In this document: piece after piece, positions 62,439 through 64,000 of the stretch
Numbering within the stretch: position 1 is the first letter of the stretch
How the letters are laid out: each line of letters opens with the position of its first letter
Source of the DNA: Diplonema japonicum
Lineage: Eukaryota; Protista; Euglenozoa: Diplonemea
Length of the DNA: 64,000 bases
Reading direction: 5' to 3'
Assembly (NCBI GenBank): GCA_964019335.1
Contig: OZ025747.1
Coordinates: 124,001 to 188,000, forward strand
The notes under the pieces: model-generated
The model's input: the letters and a program-made list of their open reading frames with translations, nothing else
What the model was told of the DNA's origin: nothing
Databases searched by the model: none
Program-made: the position numbers and the translations under genes

Positions 62439-63917
62439 ATGTCAAAGCAAGGAATTCAATGGCCGGAAACGAACGGAAAAGTGAGCACGATGGCCACGGG
62501 GAAGGAAATATGGAAAGCTGCCGCGGCAAAGTCCGGAGACGAGACCTTGGCCGGAAGAATCGCCGGGGAGAAGAATTGGAGGAACGGCTACCCAAAACAC
62601 TGTGTCAGCCTCGCAGAAGAACAGACAAAAAGCGTTGAGATCGCCACCGCCTCCGCCAGGGCCGGCCTCGAGGAAGCCTACAACCGGTTCCTATTCGTAA
62701 GAAACGACACAACATGCAAGATCACCGAACTATCAACCATTGAAATCGACACACCATTCACCACAACAGAGGTCAAGGGAACCGGCGAGACCACACAAAA
62801 AATCGAGGTCCCATTGAACGGAAAGACCCTAACCGACGAAACTCTGGCAAGCACTACCAAAGGCTGGGCCGATTTCGGTTCCATGGAAGAATCGTGCCAC
62901 AAAGCGATAAAGGAAATCGTTGAAATGACCACCTCGCAACGATCCGATATTTTAAAAGACAAAATATTCGTTCTGTTGGGTGCTACATCCGCCGCGGGAC
63001 CCGCCATCCCGCTGTTAAAACTCGGAGCTACAGTGGCAATGATCGCCCGTCCGGGAAAAAAACTGCAAACTCTCATAGAAGAAGGGAAATCAACATCGGG
63101 CACCATGCTCATTCCAACCAGTGGTGAAAAACAAGGCGCGGATGTTTTAACACAGACCCCAGAGATTATCGAATGGTGCCGTTCCCTCGACGCTTCAAAA
63201 ACGCTTGTTATCGGATCGTACATTTATCTTGACGGTGAAGCACACGTCAGAGCAAGTATAGCTTCTGATGTCATTACGCAAAGTGTTTTTGAAACCCGCC
63301 GTTCTACGTGTGTTGCGTTCCTTGGAAGCCCTTCAATCGCTCATGCGTTCTCGGAAGATGCTCACACCGACAGTATTGCGAGGTACGAATCCTCTGGGTT
63401 GCTTAGCAAATGCAACCCGATGAGGGTGTTTAAATATGAGAAGAATTCTCGTCCTGTTAAATATAACATCCCCGTCACCGACGGACTTGTCGTTTTTCAG
63501 GGCCCGAATTATGCGTTAGCAAAGACGTTGCAGTCGTGGAGGGCAGTGTTGTGTAAGGTGGAAGGACGTTTTGCTTCGATTAACCTTGCACCGCCTATGT
63601 ACACGGAGTCGATTTGCCATGTTCCTGCAGCGATGGCCGCGCTTAACGGTTTTCAGGGGTTTCCTCCCCTTGCCGCGTTCCAGCCTGAAACTATGTCGCC
63701 CGTTTTGACTTGTATGCTTTTGTGGGACCTTGTGTCGCCTTCTTCTACGGCACAGCCGGAGACTGCTCTGGATAGCCCCACGCAGATTTTTGTTCAGAAT
63801 GCGTTTCATGGTGGGTCCTGGAGGTGTGCGTACAGTCAGGAGTCTATTGGGTCGTCGATTTTTATTCTTGGGAAGTGTTGGTACACAAAGCCCCCTCTGA
63901 CCCCTCCTTCTATGTGA
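62439..63917 (+). CDS. Uncharacterised protein with a Rossmann-like motif
   Basis: 492-aa intronless ORF. FVLLGATSAAGP glycine motif and QGPNYALAK (YxxxK). Confidence 0.75.
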   Translation: MSKQGIQWPETNGKVSTMATGKEIWKAAAAKSGDETLAGRIAGEKNWRNGYPKHCVSLAEEQTKSVEIATASARAGLEEAYNRFLFVRNDTTCKITELSTIEIDTPFTTTEVKGTGETTQKIEVPLNGKTLTDETLASTTKGWADFGSMEESCHKAIKEIVEMTTSQRSDILKDKIFVLLGATSAAGPAIPLLKLGATVAMIARPGKKLQTLIEEGKSTSGTMLIPTSGEKQGADVLTQTPEIIEWCRSLDASKTLVIGSYIYLDGEAHVRASIASDVITQSVFETRRSTCVAFLGSPSIAHAFSEDAHTDSIARYESSGLLSKCNPMRVFKYEKNSRPVKYNIPVTDGLVVFQGPNYALAKTLQSWRAVLCKVEGRFASINLAPPMYTESICHVPAAMAALNGFQGFPPLAAFQPETMSPVLTCMLLWDLVSPSSTAQPETALDSPTQIFVQNAFHGGSWRCAYSQESIGSSIFILGKCWYTKPPLTPPSM

Positions 63918-64000
63918 AGAAAATAATTTTTTTCTTTTTTTGCTTTACTCATTTTTCCCCCCCCCTTTTTTTTTCTTGCCCGTTCCCCCCGTCTTCTGCG

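Overview
Eukaryotic nuclear DNA, most likely a euglenozoan and possibly a diplonemid (inference). About 28 supportable protein genes all lie on the + strand, some only 60-120 nt apart, with polypyrimidine+AG sites before the ATG. This fits polycistronic transcription with SL trans-splicing. The genes also carry about 25 GT-AG cis-introns, mostly 33-67 nt, with a GTATG-type donor and A- or T-homopolymer fill. Recognisable genes: NTMT1-like, NDUFB3-like, Rpp21-like, B-box protein, nitroreductase, membrane RING-H2 ligase, Old Yellow Enzyme, DOT1, CLC channel, cyclophilin, XRN, MMSDH, WD40/coiled-coil, TM-lipase, kinesin, proteasome alpha, Plus3, degenerate Trf4-like, PKD2-like channel, ShKT protein, P-loop kinase and GAF-PDE. 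Best finding: a 74-nt 'satellite' unit with 5 copies inside one intron (1320-1837) and 3 intergenic copies (36854-37144). It folds as a single-hairpin box-AGA (H/ACA-like) snoRNA with compensatory base changes, and its pocket is complementary to LSU rRNA helix 69. A 10.8-kb gene desert (42285-53099) holds an internally deleted Mutator-like element and palindrome-rich elements. Several small dispersed repeat families and a duplicated gene fragment are also present. All calls were made by eye, and homopolymer lengths may include sequencing error.
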